This document shows positions 37,833-48,232 of a DNA stretch of 64,000 bases, one piece after another. Origin of the DNA: a virus (lineage: Duplodnaviria > Caudoviricetes); the IMG/VR virus record IMGVR_UViG_3300010163_000012, positions 37,804 to 101,803 of that record, one strand, 5' to 3'. Each line of letters opens with the position of its first letter. Positions within the stretch are counted from its first letter, which is position 1. A model generated the notes under the pieces. The model ran no database searches, had not been told where the DNA came from, and saw nothing but the letters and a program-made list of their open reading frames with translations. Position numbers and translations under genes: made by a program.

Positions 37833-38721
37833 AATATATGCTGAGGCAAAAGATAGCCGTAATCAGTACCTTGAACTCACGGAGTTTGAGAATAGCTCCA
37901 AAATGTCCATACTTGACGCATTTACATGGGTTACATCGGCGTGCATCTGGACGTTTGAAAACATTTTGGATGTCTTTAAAATCGACCTTGCGAAAGACCT
38001 CCGGAACAGAATCAATGGTACTCCGGCCTATTTTGCCAATGCACTGTTGAAATACCAGTCTGGAGATGAACTGGTGATGAATGAAGATGGAACAGCCTTT
38101 TCTTATCCAAATATTGATGCGTCCAAGCGTATTATTACGAAAGTAGCGTATTTTGAAGAAGAAGAGGTTGGCTTCCATGATAAGTTGGTCCGTTTTAAAA
38201 TTGCGACGGGAAAGCCCGGTGCTTATGCTCGTATTGAAGAAGGTGAATTGATAGCGATTAGGGCATACCTCAATCAGATATTGTTTGCCGGCCAACATGC
38301 CAAAGTGGTCAGTCGTATTGGCGATGTGCTGATTCCGAGAGTGGTTGTGTACTATGATGGTGCTGTAACCGAAGATGAAATGTACCAATCAATTGAAGAT
38401 GCTCTCAATGAGTATATTGCCAATATTGAGTTTAACGGTTTGGTGTATGCTCAGAAAGTGATTGATAGTATTCAGAGCGTTGAACATGTAACCGATGTGT
38501 CGGTCTCTTCAGATGACTCCGACCATCAAGGCATATTTGTCGCTAAATACGATGATGACAATCATCTTATCAAAGATGAGAATGGCAACGTTCAGATTAA
38601 AATTGTGCGCTATTATGTACCTAACTCCGGATATATCAAGCAAAGTTCTTGTGCTGATGAGGAGGCGGACCTTCCTTTGTGGCGTGATACAATAATCCTT
38701 AAATTAGAGGATAACGTATGA
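37813..38721 (+). CDS. Baseplate J-like wedge protein
   Basis: MARTLSEIY start, GT..YF....L.YQ.G, AL.EYI.NI.FNG and DSIQ.V..V.DV. Start placed at ATG 37813. Confidence 0.65.
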   Translation: MARTLSEIYAEAKDSRNQYLELTEFENSSKMSILDAFTWVTSACIWTFENILDVFKIDLAKDLRNRINGTPAYFANALLKYQSGDELVMNEDGTAFSYPNIDASKRIITKVAYFEEEEVGFHDKLVRFKIATGKPGAYARIEEGELIAIRAYLNQILFAGQHAKVVSRIGDVLIPRVVVYYDGAVTEDEMYQSIEDALNEYIANIEFNGLVYAQKVIDSIQSVEHVTDVSVSSDDSDHQGIFVAKYDDDNHLIKDENGNVQIKIVRYYVPNSGYIKQSSCADEEADLPLWRDTIILKLEDNV

Positions 38722-39245
38722 GATACTTTATCAACTTTGACAAAACCATAAATCAGCTTGTGCCTTATTATCTTGGAGGGCGCAAACTGATTCTATATCT
38801 ACAGTCTTTAATGTCTCCACTACGGCGGGTCAATGATGGATTTGTAGAATATGCTAAAGAAACGAGAATTGAGGCTGCGATGACCTCTCAGATTTTTAAG
38901 TTTGAATGGTATCTTAATCGTAAATTCAAAAAGTATTTTGCAAATGGTGGGCGAATTGCAATTAAAAATTCTGAAGCGTTAGGCACTCCAATTTATCACG
39001 AATCGGCCAATATAGACGTTGAACAAAATATATTGATATATCGCGATAAAGAAGCCAACGTCACTCGTCAATTAATCCTATATCGTAGCGATGAGCAGAC
39101 GGAAGAAAGTTCCGTTAGTTTTATTGTTATGACTCCTCAAATTGATAAGAAGCTTATTACAGAGCAAAAATACGTCGCAATGCTGAAGTATGTCATTGAC
39201 AGGTATCGGCTTGCAAATAAAACTTATATCATCAAATACGATTGA
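38718..39245 (+). CDS. Baseplate wedge protein (gpI-like)
   Basis: Follows the J-like gene. Q....E.YLN.KF and C-terminal ID.YRLA.K.Y.I. Confidence 0.55.
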   Translation: MRYFINFDKTINQLVPYYLGGRKLILYLQSLMSPLRRVNDGFVEYAKETRIEAAMTSQIFKFEWYLNRKFKKYFANGGRIAIKNSEALGTPIYHESANIDVEQNILIYRDKEANVTRQLILYRSDEQTEESSVSFIVMTPQIDKKLITEQKYVAMLKYVIDRYRLANKTYIIKYD

Positions 39246-39246
39246 A

Positions 39247-41007
39247 ATGAAAGAATTTAGCGCACAAACCGGTGGGCGATACACTTATGCTGACGACCTG
39301 GAAAACCTTCAGGATTTGGCGTTAGCTTTTGCTCAGATTTTTGATGACTGTGACAATTTCATCGTAAGTGGCTGTGAAATTACTGGCAGTGCTATTAGTG
39401 CTGGCTATGTATTCCTGAATGGAAAGTTTCGCTATTTCTCAGGTGCCACAGGAATTACGTCATGGCCTCAGCACATCTATGAAGTCAATTCCACTGAAAA
39501 CATACCTTATGAGAGTGGCGGCTCAAAGGTTGGTCGTAATATTTATGGATGTTCTATTGCAAAAACAGTACCTGTCAAGCAGGACGAACTGACAGGAAAA
39601 GCCCTTCAGTCTATTGCAATACCTTCAACTGGAGGACTGCGTATGAAAGATGCTTTTATAGGTAAATATGCACTCTTGCTTACCCCGGTAAGTGGCTCGC
39701 AAACTGTGAATAGCGTAGTAAGTTTCATCAAAGCCCTTAATGCAAATGGTGACTTTACGGCAAATAAGAATGTCATAATCAAGTCTGGCGCGATTAAGAC
39801 TGAATTTAGCTATAGTGGTAGCACATTGAATGTCAAATATACTGGTGCCACCAATAATTATCGTTTATCTTTGATAGACGGTGTTGGCTTTCGCTTTTAT
39901 GCTAATGAGGTCTTGATTGCTACAATAGGCTCGACTTCAATTACTTTCGGTAAACCTATCGCAGCCATCAAGGGAACTTTTGGTGGTCTTATATTGACCG
40001 GCAATCAAATTTATCAAGGAACCGCAAACGCCGTTAGTGAAATAGGCATTAACGTTTACGGTTATAATGGTGCTGATACTCAATTTAGAAATACCAATAT
40101 AGGAAATGGTAAAGGTAAAATCATTCTGAATGTTACAGGAGCCGATGGTTCTGTGAATATGTTCGGAGTGACTAAAATTGAGGCCGGCACTACTGATGGC
40201 TTGATTCTTAAAGCCAACAAGCTCAAAGATAATAATAATTTAACCAATGCGATTTCTTGGCGTGACTCAGCCAATGTCGTGATGGCTCGTATTGGTTTTT
40301 TGAGCACCGTAGATCAGGTGTTTTCCATTTCAGTGCCGTCATATAATATCAGTCTCGTTGGTCATGCTACTGTCAACATTGGTCCGGCCATCATGGAAAA
40401 TGGGAAATTATTATCTGAGAAATACGTCTTGGCTACCAATTTTGCTACAGAGTTAGGCAAAAAGGCAAATGCGAAAGATGTTTATACAACTATTCAGGCA
40501 AATGATAAATTTGCAATCAAGGCGGGCGGTTTATCTCAATTTGTATCAGAAAAAGTTACTGCTGCAAATTGTAGAACTCATATTGGTGCTATTGGTTTAA
40601 ACGATTTGAAGCCGTATGCGAAACTTACGAATTGCCTTGCAGATATGGCGACAACCGATGCCATAAAGCAAAAGATACGCGACAACATTGGAGCTGCCGG
40701 CGTCGGAGATTTCCAGCCTAAATTAACTGATTCAGGCTGGAAGTGGATTAAAGATTCGCTTTATATCCGTCAAATTGGCAATCTTGTTTGCATACAAGGA
40801 TCTACAAAAACGATTCACTCAGGTACAGTGTTTACTATTCCAAACACTATATCGGCACCCAGCCATGCTGTAAAACATAGTATTGTATTCTCTAACAACA
40901 GATCATGGGTATGCAAAATTGCGGCCGGTCAAAGGGCTTGCACAGTTGTCTATTGTAGTGGCAGCTGTGGAAATTCAACAGAATTTTCAATCACTTATAT
41001 GGTATAA
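39247..41007 (+). CDS. Tail fibre protein
   Basis: N-terminal GG.....DLE.LQ...IVSGC...IS.GYVF.NG baseplate-attachment pattern. C-terminal DSGW...YIRQIGNLVCIQG. Start placed at ATG 39247. Confidence 0.7.
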   Translation: MKEFSAQTGGRYTYADDLENLQDLALAFAQIFDDCDNFIVSGCEITGSAISAGYVFLNGKFRYFSGATGITSWPQHIYEVNSTENIPYESGGSKVGRNIYGCSIAKTVPVKQDELTGKALQSIAIPSTGGLRMKDAFIGKYALLLTPVSGSQTVNSVVSFIKALNANGDFTANKNVIIKSGAIKTEFSYSGSTLNVKYTGATNNYRLSLIDGVGFRFYANEVLIATIGSTSITFGKPIAAIKGTFGGLILTGNQIYQGTANAVSEIGINVYGYNGADTQFRNTNIGNGKGKIILNVTGADGSVNMFGVTKIEAGTTDGLILKANKLKDNNNLTNAISWRDSANVVMARIGFLSTVDQVFSISVPSYNISLVGHATVNIGPAIMENGKLLSEKYVLATNFATELGKKANAKDVYTTIQANDKFAIKAGGLSQFVSEKVTAANCRTHIGAIGLNDLKPYAKLTNCLADMATTDAIKQKIRDNIGAAGVGDFQPKLTDSGWKWIKDSLYIRQIGNLVCIQGSTKTIHSGTVFTIPNTISAPSHAVKHSIVFSNNRSWVCKIAAGQRACTVVYCSGSCGNSTEFSITYMV

Positions 41008-41009
41008 CA

Positions 41010-41219
41010 ATGAAAACGTACAATTCACCTGCACAGGCTCGCAGTTTGCGAGAAATTGAAGCCACTGCTGCTTCTCCAGTAACAAACATCATTCCGAACA
41101 TTCATGGCACAGTTCAACCCGTACAAACCGTTGAGGAAGGGAAAGAAGAGAGGACGGAAACCGAAGCCGAAGTCCCGACCAAAAAAACGCGGTCGAAAAA
41201 GAATCCCAAGGAGGTTTGA
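41010..41219 (+). CDS. Hypothetical protein
   Basis: ATG 2 nt after the fibre stop. Overlaps the next ORF by 116 nt. Confidence 0.45.
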   Translation: MKTYNSPAQARSLREIEATAASPVTNIIPNIHGTVQPVQTVEEGKEERTETEAEVPTKKTRSKKNPKEV

Positions 41220-41505
41220 GGAAATCCCATTGGGCTACAGTCTGCGGCTGAATGCCCCATTAGAGTTCGACCTAATTATGCAAGTGGTTGGAACTAATGG
41301 GGTACCAGATGCGGATTTGGTAGAAGCTATCAGTTATTCATCTAAAAATCCATACTTCAGAACTGCGGATTTCAGACGAGTTTTGATTCTGTATAGAAAT
41401 GAGGGCTGTTATGCAGAACATCCAAAGAAGCCTCCAAGACCGCGAACTATTATTTCAGCTATCAATAGACGTAAAAATGTTGCAAAAGGACAATTAATAA
41501 AATAG
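41104..41505 (+). CDS. Basic protein with AT-hook-like KKRGRK repeats
   Basis: KKRGRKPKPK and KKRGRKRIP. Ends just before a terminator. Confidence 0.6.
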   Translation: MAQFNPYKPLRKGKKRGRKPKPKSRPKKRGRKRIPRRFEEIPLGYSLRLNAPLEFDLIMQVVGTNGVPDADLVEAISYSSKNPYFRTADFRRVLILYRNEGCYAEHPKKPPRPRTIISAINRRKNVAKGQLIK

Positions 41506-41517
41506 TTTTGAAATTTG

Positions 41518-41548
41518 GTGCGAATAATAAAATTGTTCGCACTTTTTT
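41518..41548 (+). terminator. Terminator closing the structural region
   Basis: GTGCGAATAAT / ATTGTTCGCAC stem followed by TTTTTT. Confidence 0.7.
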
Positions 41549-41578
41549 CACGTGCTTGAAAAATTTTGATTACCTTTG
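41544..41578 (+). promoter_or_regulatory. Palindromic operator (41544-41563) plus TACCTTTG -7 box (41571-41578)
   Basis: TTTTTCACGTGCTTGAAAAA and a TAnnTTTG consensus upstream of thyX-nrdDG. Confidence 0.65.
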
Positions 41579-41641
41579 CATTGTATTTCAAATTGATTTC
41601 GTACAGAATTTAGTTATCAAAAATCATGCAAATTCCTATAA

Positions 41642-42364
41642 ATGAAGGATTTTACTGTGTCTGTACGAAAGCTTACAGACTTAGAATTATTACAGGAGGC
41701 ATGTGCAACGACATTCTTAGGAACCAGTCATGCAACACTGATTTCTCTTTATAAGTCCGAGCATTCTCCAGTCCGAACCCAACTGTTCTGGATTAGTCTC
41801 AAAAACATTCCTCTTTACATTAGTACACATCTGATCCGCCATCATGTTGGATCTGTCCCCTTTCAATTAACTTGTAGAGACGACAAAAACGGTGGTAATC
41901 CTGGTTTGCCAGGCAAGATTGATTCAATCATTGAACGCTTGAAGAGTTTGGTTGATACTTGGCATAAGGATGTGGAATTTGTAGGTAATTATCAGCATGA
42001 AGTGGATGCCATTTATTCAGAATTGGAATGGCTCAAAAACAATGCTGATCGTGAAACGCCAGTCAATCTTAGCCTCTGCATCAACGCTCAATCATTGATT
42101 GATATGTCTAAGCTGAGATTATGTACTGGATGTGCGTCGCCCGGTACTGTAATAGTGTTTCAGGCGATAAAAGATGAAATCTCAAAAATTGACCCGGATT
42201 TGGCTTCAGTAATGGTCCGCAAGTGCGTATATCGAGGTGGCATTTGCGGAGAGCCAAGATGCTGTGGATTTAACGGAACCCAGAAATTCCGTGAAGAATT
42301 GTCTCGATATTTATCCAATTATAGTCAAAAGCAAAAAGGGTTATTCCATGAAAACTGTAATTAA
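41642..42364 (+). CDS. thyX: ThyX-like flavin-dependent thymidylate synthase (divergent)
   Basis: EHSP.R, STHLIRH, NAQSL....LRLC and C-terminal CVYRGGIC.E..CCG motifs. Confidence 0.65.
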   Translation: MKDFTVSVRKLTDLELLQEACATTFLGTSHATLISLYKSEHSPVRTQLFWISLKNIPLYISTHLIRHHVGSVPFQLTCRDDKNGGNPGLPGKIDSIIERLKSLVDTWHKDVEFVGNYQHEVDAIYSELEWLKNNADRETPVNLSLCINAQSLIDMSKLRLCTGCASPGTVIVFQAIKDEISKIDPDLASVMVRKCVYRGGICGEPRCCGFNGTQKFREELSRYLSNYSQKQKGLFHENCN

Positions 42365-44549
42365 ACGTGATGGCCGCAAAGTGTCATTTGATCAGACACT
42401 TATAACAAAGGCGGTTCTTGCTGCAATGAAAGAGGTTGGCACGATTGACGAAGATTACGCAATCAAAATAGCAAACAGGATTGCAACAAAGTGTCCCAAT
42501 GAAATTTCTGTCGAGGAGATTCAGAATTTGGTGGAAGAAAGTTTAATGGCTTCCAAATATAAAGATGTTGCTCGTGCGTACATTTGTTATCGCAATGAAC
42601 GCAGTAAGGCCCGCCATCGTGAAAGTGATCAGGCCATTCTTAGTATTATTGCCGCTGAGAAGAACGACATCACTCGTGAAAACGCCAACATGAACGCCGA
42701 TACTCCCGCTGGTATGGTGATGAAAATCGCCAGTGAGCGAAGCAAAGAATTGGTTGACGATTATCTTTTGTCGGAAGAAGCTAAAAAAGCGGTAGCTAAC
42801 AACATACTCCATATCCACGACAAGGATTATCTGCCTACAAGAAGTCTGACCTGCATTCAGCATCCAATAGACAAAATTCTTAGTGGCGGTTTCCAAGCTG
42901 GTCATGGAGAGTCGCGTCCAGCAAAGCGTATTGAGACAGCAAGCATTTTGAGTTGTATTTCAATGGAGTCTGTTCAGAATGTAATGCACGGAGGTCAGGC
43001 TATCCCTGCATTTGATTTCTATATGGCACCATACGTCCGCATAACCTTCAAAGAAGAACTCAAGAAACTGGAAGCAGTAAATGAGATTGACTTGTCTGAA
43101 GCATACGATGCCCTTTATGATGATTTTCTAATCAAGCCTTTGGATGGTTTGAAATCATTTGAGCGTATGGTACAGCACGCAATGAATGAGACCGTTCGTC
43201 GTGTTCATCAGTCTATGGAGGCTTTTGTGCATAATTTGAATACAATTCATTCTCGTGGTGGCAATCAGGTGGTCTTCAGCTCTGTCAATTATGGAACAGA
43301 CACATCAGCTGAAGGCCGTTGTGTAATCCGTGAGCTTTTGCTTACTACCGAAAAAGGAATTGGCAATGGATCTACTGCTATATTCCCGATTCAGATTTGG
43401 AAGAAAAAGCGTGGCGTTAGCTATCTGCCCGGAGATCCGAATTATGACCTCTATAAATTGGCGTGTCGAGTGACAGCCAAGCGTTTCTTTCCGAACTTTG
43501 TCAATCTTGACGCCACATTCAACCAGCATGATAAATGGCGTGCGGATGATCCGAAACGTTATATGTACGAAGTGGCTACAATGGGGTGCCGCACTCGTGT
43601 ATTTGAAGACCGTCATGGTGAAAAAACTTCGGTGGGCCGTGGCAACCTCAGCTTCTCGACAATCAATCTTCCAGGTATTGCCCTTAGTGTTCGACACATA
43701 GAAGATGAGAATGAGCGTATTATTGCCTTTTTTGACAAACTCATTTGTGCTATGAATGTAACAGCACGCCAATTGCTTGATCGGTATGAGTTTCAGTGTA
43801 CCGCTAAAGCCAAACAATTCCCATTGCTTATGCAAGGTTTATGGGTTGGTTCTGAAACTCTCGGACCAAAAGATGAAGTGAGGACAGTACTTAAACATGG
43901 CACTCTTGGGATTGGTTTTATTGGTCTTGCTGAATGTCTTGTAGCACTCATAGGCAAACATCACGGAGAAAGTGATGCAGCTCAGGAACTTGGCTTGAGG
44001 ATTATTAGCACTATGCGTAATTGTGTTCAAGAATTTTCTGAATACTATGATATGAATTTCTCTGTTCTTGCAACTCCGGCAGAAGGTCTTGCCGGAAAGT
44101 TCACGAAGAAGGATAAGCAGAAGTACGGTAATATTCCTGGTGTAACAGACAGAGAGTATTACACCAATTCAAATCATGTGCCGGTGTATTATAAATGTAG
44201 CGCTTCTCATAAAGCCCAGATAGAAGCCCCATATCACGAATTGACTCGCGGTGGACATATCTTCTATGTCGAACTGGATGGAGATGCTACGCACAACGTA
44301 GAGGCTGTGATGAATGTAGTGGATTTGATGGACAAATTCAATATCGGCTATTGTTCAATAAATCATACTCGTAACCGTTGTCTTGATTGTGGGTATGAAG
44401 ATGCTCAAAAAGAGCTTCACACATGCCCAAATTGCGGAAGTCAGAATATAGACACTCTTCAGCGTATCACCGGTTATCTTGTAGGTACCACTGACCGCTG
44501 GAACTCTGCAAAACTTGCAGAGTTAAAAGACCGGGAAACGCATGAGTAA
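42348..44549 (+). CDS. nrdD: Anaerobic (class III) ribonucleotide reductase
   Basis: ATP cone VIKRDGRKVSFD, HIHDKD, MGCRT, GRGNLSF, ATPAEG, YTNS, CxxC..CxxC, glycyl-radical RITGYL. Start placed at ATG 42348. Confidence 0.97.
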   Translation: MKTVIKRDGRKVSFDQTLITKAVLAAMKEVGTIDEDYAIKIANRIATKCPNEISVEEIQNLVEESLMASKYKDVARAYICYRNERSKARHRESDQAILSIIAAEKNDITRENANMNADTPAGMVMKIASERSKELVDDYLLSEEAKKAVANNILHIHDKDYLPTRSLTCIQHPIDKILSGGFQAGHGESRPAKRIETASILSCISMESVQNVMHGGQAIPAFDFYMAPYVRITFKEELKKLEAVNEIDLSEAYDALYDDFLIKPLDGLKSFERMVQHAMNETVRRVHQSMEAFVHNLNTIHSRGGNQVVFSSVNYGTDTSAEGRCVIRELLLTTEKGIGNGSTAIFPIQIWKKKRGVSYLPGDPNYDLYKLACRVTAKRFFPNFVNLDATFNQHDKWRADDPKRYMYEVATMGCRTRVFEDRHGEKTSVGRGNLSFSTINLPGIALSVRHIEDENERIIAFFDKLICAMNVTARQLLDRYEFQCTAKAKQFPLLMQGLWVGSETLGPKDEVRTVLKHGTLGIGFIGLAECLVALIGKHHGESDAAQELGLRIISTMRNCVQEFSEYYDMNFSVLATPAEGLAGKFTKKDKQKYGNIPGVTDREYYTNSNHVPVYYKCSASHKAQIEAPYHELTRGGHIFYVELDGDATHNVEAVMNVVDLMDKFNIGYCSINHTRNRCLDCGYEDAQKELHTCPNCGSQNIDTLQRITGYLVGTTDRWNSAKLAELKDRETHE

Positions 44550-45036
44550 CAAATTATATGTAGCGAAAATTGTCAGCTCAACCTCTGTTGATGGGGTTGG
44601 GCTGCGCAATTCCCTTTATGTGTCTGGGTGTAAATTGCATTGCCCCGGATGCCACAATAAGGAATGGTGGCCACTGGAGTCTGGTCGGGAAATGACAGTT
44701 GAGGAAGTTTATGCGGCACTAAATGTCGATAACTTTAATATTTCTATCCTTGGCGGGGAACCCCTTATGCAATATCAAGCAATTCTTAAACTTTGTCAGC
44801 TTATTAAAGAACGCACTCATAAAACCATTTGGCTATGGACCGGATATGAAATAGCGCAAGTGCAAGATTTGTTTGGAGACCTAATAAAGAGTGTGGATGT
44901 CATAGTTGATGGTGCCTTCAAAGAAGATTTACGTGACATTGCTCTGCCTTTTCGGGGATCAAAAAATCAACGGATTTATGAAATAGCACATAATCCGGAA
45001 ATTCGCATTACAGATATATCGGACATGTTTGATTAG
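44542..45036 (+). CDS. nrdG: NrdD activase (radical SAM)
   Basis: VDGVGLR, GCKLHCPGCHN, LGGEP, DVIVDG.F, RGSKNQR. Confidence 0.95.
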   Translation: MSNKLYVAKIVSSTSVDGVGLRNSLYVSGCKLHCPGCHNKEWWPLESGREMTVEEVYAALNVDNFNISILGGEPLMQYQAILKLCQLIKERTHKTIWLWTGYEIAQVQDLFGDLIKSVDVIVDGAFKEDLRDIALPFRGSKNQRIYEIAHNPEIRITDISDMFD

Positions 45037-45122
45037 TATAAAAATAAAATACTTTCAAAAATAGTCTTTTTAGTATAAAAGAAAATACTAAATAATTGAT
45101 TTACAGTAATGATACAAACTAT

Positions 45123-45188
45123 ATTTTCAAGTGCTTGAAAATTTTTCCTCGATTTTTTTGTTAAGTTGAAAATTTGTCTTAATTTTGC
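45123..45188 (+). promoter_or_regulatory. Palindromic operator (45123-45142) plus TAATTTTG -7 box (starting 45180)
   Basis: ATTTTCAAG-TG-CTTGAAAAT with perfect 9-bp arms, upstream of the replication operon. Confidence 0.65.
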
Positions 45189-45219
45189 AGCGTAATCAAT
45201 AATAACGAATGAATATGAC

Positions 45220-45693
45220 ATGATTAGAAGTAAGGGCATAGTCGAAGTCCATGAGGGCTATGCCGACACAAGCGAGCTTGAAGAGGCTGTGGACATTTTG
45301 CCAGACGGAGAATATGGTTATCTCCTGTTTGATAAAAACAAGAACCGCTCGCTACCTCAGTTGAAGTTTCTTTTTGGGTATTTGCTGAAAACTCTAAGTG
45401 AAGAGTTGGAAGGCAACCCAGACCCGGAAGCACTATACAGTTATTTTGAAGAGCTTTATGCTCCTATTCATCGCTGTAAAATCCCAGGAGAGGCAAATGT
45501 ATTTGAATACTTTGACCTTAAAAATGAACCAGCAGCTGAGATGGATTATGTTATTGAAAAGATTATCCATCATGCCAAGACAGAATGGGGCATTGACCTG
45601 CTTTCCCGTGAGGGGATTAAAGCCGCTGAAGCAGCAGAACTTTATGCAGGTGCTTACGCTGATACTTGGAAGAATTATCAAAGAAAAGTCTAA
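45220..45693 (+). CDS. Hypothetical protein, weakly NinB/Orf-like
   Basis: RSLPQLKFLFG resembles the RS..QN..(L/Y)W motif. First gene of the recombination operon. Confidence 0.4.
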   Translation: MIRSKGIVEVHEGYADTSELEEAVDILPDGEYGYLLFDKNKNRSLPQLKFLFGYLLKTLSEELEGNPDPEALYSYFEELYAPIHRCKIPGEANVFEYFDLKNEPAAEMDYVIEKIIHHAKTEWGIDLLSREGIKAAEAAELYAGAYADTWKNYQRKV

Positions 45694-45707
45694 AAGACAA
45701 TTCTCCC

Positions 45708-47108
45708 ATGATGGAACAAGAAAATGCACGTTCACTCTTTGACGTGTTTGCGGCTTCCCAAGAAACATTTGAAGACGCAAAGAAAAAGAGCAGTGAAGAG
45801 AGCAGTAAACGCGCCTCGTTTTTCCGTTTTGCCAAAGATGGCACTTATGCCATTCGTATTCTTCCTTTGGCACCAGTTCAGGACCAGGATGGTAACTTCT
45901 TGCCATTAGAGCGTAAGGGATATGAATATCCGCTTCGTTCTTTGATGCTTAAAATTGAGAACGACAAGAAGCTTGTCAAAGGCAAACCATCAATTACTTA
46001 TGTTACTGTTTGCAATGCCAAGTATGCTTTTAAGGATAGTATCAATGCAGACCTCATTGACACATACGTCACAGTCGCTTGTGAGAAGTATGCCGATGAC
46101 GAAAAGCTCTGCAAGAAGTTGCGTGAAGGTAGTTTCTCTGGCGGTTTGAAATGGGATTCGCGCCGTTGTATGTACGTGATTGACCTTGATCATCCTGAAG
46201 ATGGCATCCAGATCCTTCAGCTTTCTTATTCACAGTACAAAGATTTGGAAGAACGCAAGCTGAACTTGTGGGGCAAACTAAACAAGAATGGCGCAATGGT
46301 TCCGTGCCCAATCTCTTCTATTGATTCAGCTTATCCTGTTGAGATTATTCGTAAGTCTGAAAACAATAAGCCGACTTACAGCTTCAACATTGATACCGTA
46401 TCTGGCAAGGATGTTTTGGAAGAGGCTATTCTTCAACAGCTGATCGATATGCCTCGTCTTCCGCAGCAAATATATCGTTACACTCGCTATCATCTGGAGG
46501 CTACCGTTGCTTACCTTGAACAGCTCGACGAGAAGTTTGACATTGAGGTAATGGACGACGAGAAGATCAAAAATTGCATTGAACAGATTAAGACTCTGCT
46601 GCCGGCAGACGACCAATCTCACTTTACTCTTGGTGAGGGCAAGGAAGATGAAGCCGATGGCGGTTCAGCTAATGACATCGATTCTCTTTGGGTTCGTTAT
46701 GACGCTCTTTGCAATGACGATCTTGATGATCAGACGGCAGAAGGACAGGAACTCCGCACGGATATTATGGCTTACATCGAAGCAAACGACCTCAACGTGA
46801 AAGTAACTCGCAAGAAGACCAACGAGGATATTCTGAACGAGATTGAGGATGAGCTCGCCGAAATTTCTAACGATAGAAACGAAGAGGAAGAAGAAAAGCC
46901 TGCCCCTGCATCTAAACGCCGTTCTTCTCCTGTCGATGAAGAGGAAGAGGATGATGCAGAGCCCGCTCAGCCAATTAATGAGGACGAGACACCCGCTGCA
47001 CCGGAGACTGAACGTCCCCGCTCACGACGTGAACGCAATGACGATACAAATGAGCCAGCTGCACGAGCAAGTCGTCGTGGAGCCCGTCCACCCCGCCGCC
47101 GTGATTAA
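45708..47108 (+). CDS. Single-stranded DNA-binding protein (T4 gp32-like) with long acidic tail
   Basis: FF....G.Y.IRILP motif, very acidic C-terminus, directly upstream of Mre11/Rad50-like genes. Confidence 0.6.
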   Translation: MMEQENARSLFDVFAASQETFEDAKKKSSEESSKRASFFRFAKDGTYAIRILPLAPVQDQDGNFLPLERKGYEYPLRSLMLKIENDKKLVKGKPSITYVTVCNAKYAFKDSINADLIDTYVTVACEKYADDEKLCKKLREGSFSGGLKWDSRRCMYVIDLDHPEDGIQILQLSYSQYKDLEERKLNLWGKLNKNGAMVPCPISSIDSAYPVEIIRKSENNKPTYSFNIDTVSGKDVLEEAILQQLIDMPRLPQQIYRYTRYHLEATVAYLEQLDEKFDIEVMDDEKIKNCIEQIKTLLPADDQSHFTLGEGKEDEADGGSANDIDSLWVRYDALCNDDLDDQTAEGQELRTDIMAYIEANDLNVKVTRKKTNEDILNEIEDELAEISNDRNEEEEEKPAPASKRRSSPVDEEEEDDAEPAQPINEDETPAAPETERPRSRRERNDDTNEPAARASRRGARPPRRRD

Positions 47109-47127
47109 ATAACAACGCACTCTAACC

Positions 47128-47165
47128 GAAATGTTCACCCAGTTAAGTCTGGGTGAGCATTTCTT
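47128..47165 (+). terminator. Hairpin/terminator after SSB gene
   Basis: GAAATGTTCACCCAG / CTGGGTGAGCATTTC stem. Confidence 0.6.
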
Positions 47166-47180
47166 AAAACACAATTGATT

Positions 47181-48230
47181 ATGTCAAAGAAATCTCCCTG
47201 TGCGTTGTTGATTAACGACATTCACGCCAGTAAAGACAATATAGTTGAGTTCCGTAAGAATTGGAATGAGGCTCTACAACTTTGTAAACAAAACGAAATA
47301 CAGTATCTGATTGTAGGAGGCGATATGTGGCTTTCACGAAGCGCTCAAACTTTGGATGTCCTTATGGCAGTCCGTTGGGCAATCTTGGAAGCTACAAAAC
47401 AATATGGGCTTTACGTTATTATCGCCGAAGGCAATCATTGTAAAGTTAATCTCGAAAATGTGGAAGGTTACAGCCATGTTTTTTCAGACTATGAGAATGT
47501 AGAGGTAATTAACGACTTTACCGAAATAGATCTATCCGACGAACTTTCTCTATACGTGATGAGCTATTTCCCAGAAAACGGCTCTTTCATCAAGAAATTG
47601 GACTCCCTTCAGCAAGATTATCACATTGATAGCCTGAAAAAGAATGTGCTATACATTCACGAGGGAATCCGTGGAGGCTTGGCTACTCCAAGTGATGATG
47701 AACTTCCCGTGAACATTTTCAAAAATTTTGATTCTGTATTGGCTGGCCATTATCATAACCGGAAACAAATTCCCGGCACTCAAATTGAATATATCGGTTC
47801 TTCTCGTCAACATAACTTCGGTGAAGATGAAGAGAAGGGCTATACTATACTTTATACGGATGGCTCTACCAAGTTTATTAAAAACGAAGTGAACCAACGA
47901 TACAAGGTTATCGAAGTAGATGTGGCAGATATGGACGATGACTTTATGGAAACATTAGCTAAAATCAAAGCCGACAGTCGCTACAAAATCAAGGTTCGTG
48001 TAAAATGTAATTCTGCCCAATCATCCGGAGTCAACAAACAGCAGCTTGCTGAAGCCGGAGCCAACAAAATTGAGCTTGTCACAGAGCAAACGGAAGTGAT
48101 GCACACAGATCACCAGAGTATCACACAGAAGTTTGACAAGTCAGGCATTAAGGAAGAGTACACAAATTTTTGTGCTCAAAAATCCATCGATAATCAGCTT
48201 GGTCTCCACTATCTTGATAAATTGAAGTAA
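47181..48230 (+). CDS. SbcD/Mre11-like metallophosphoesterase nuclease (T4 gp47 analogue)
   Basis: NDIH, GGDMW, GNH, GHYH and YIGS..Q.NFGE motifs. Confidence 0.9.
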   Translation: MSKKSPCALLINDIHASKDNIVEFRKNWNEALQLCKQNEIQYLIVGGDMWLSRSAQTLDVLMAVRWAILEATKQYGLYVIIAEGNHCKVNLENVEGYSHVFSDYENVEVINDFTEIDLSDELSLYVMSYFPENGSFIKKLDSLQQDYHIDSLKKNVLYIHEGIRGGLATPSDDELPVNIFKNFDSVLAGHYHNRKQIPGTQIEYIGSSRQHNFGEDEEKGYTILYTDGSTKFIKNEVNQRYKVIEVDVADMDDDFMETLAKIKADSRYKIKVRVKCNSAQSSGVNKQQLAEAGANKIELVTEQTEVMHTDHQSITQKFDKSGIKEEYTNFCAQKSIDNQLGLHYLDKLK

Positions 48231-48232
48231 GT

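Noticed and set aside
33634-41007. A second DGR target in the other fibre genes
   Set aside because: No TR-like sequence or GTTCGCCCTGCTGTAGC end found by eye. A BLASTN-short of the TR against the full genome would settle remote targets.
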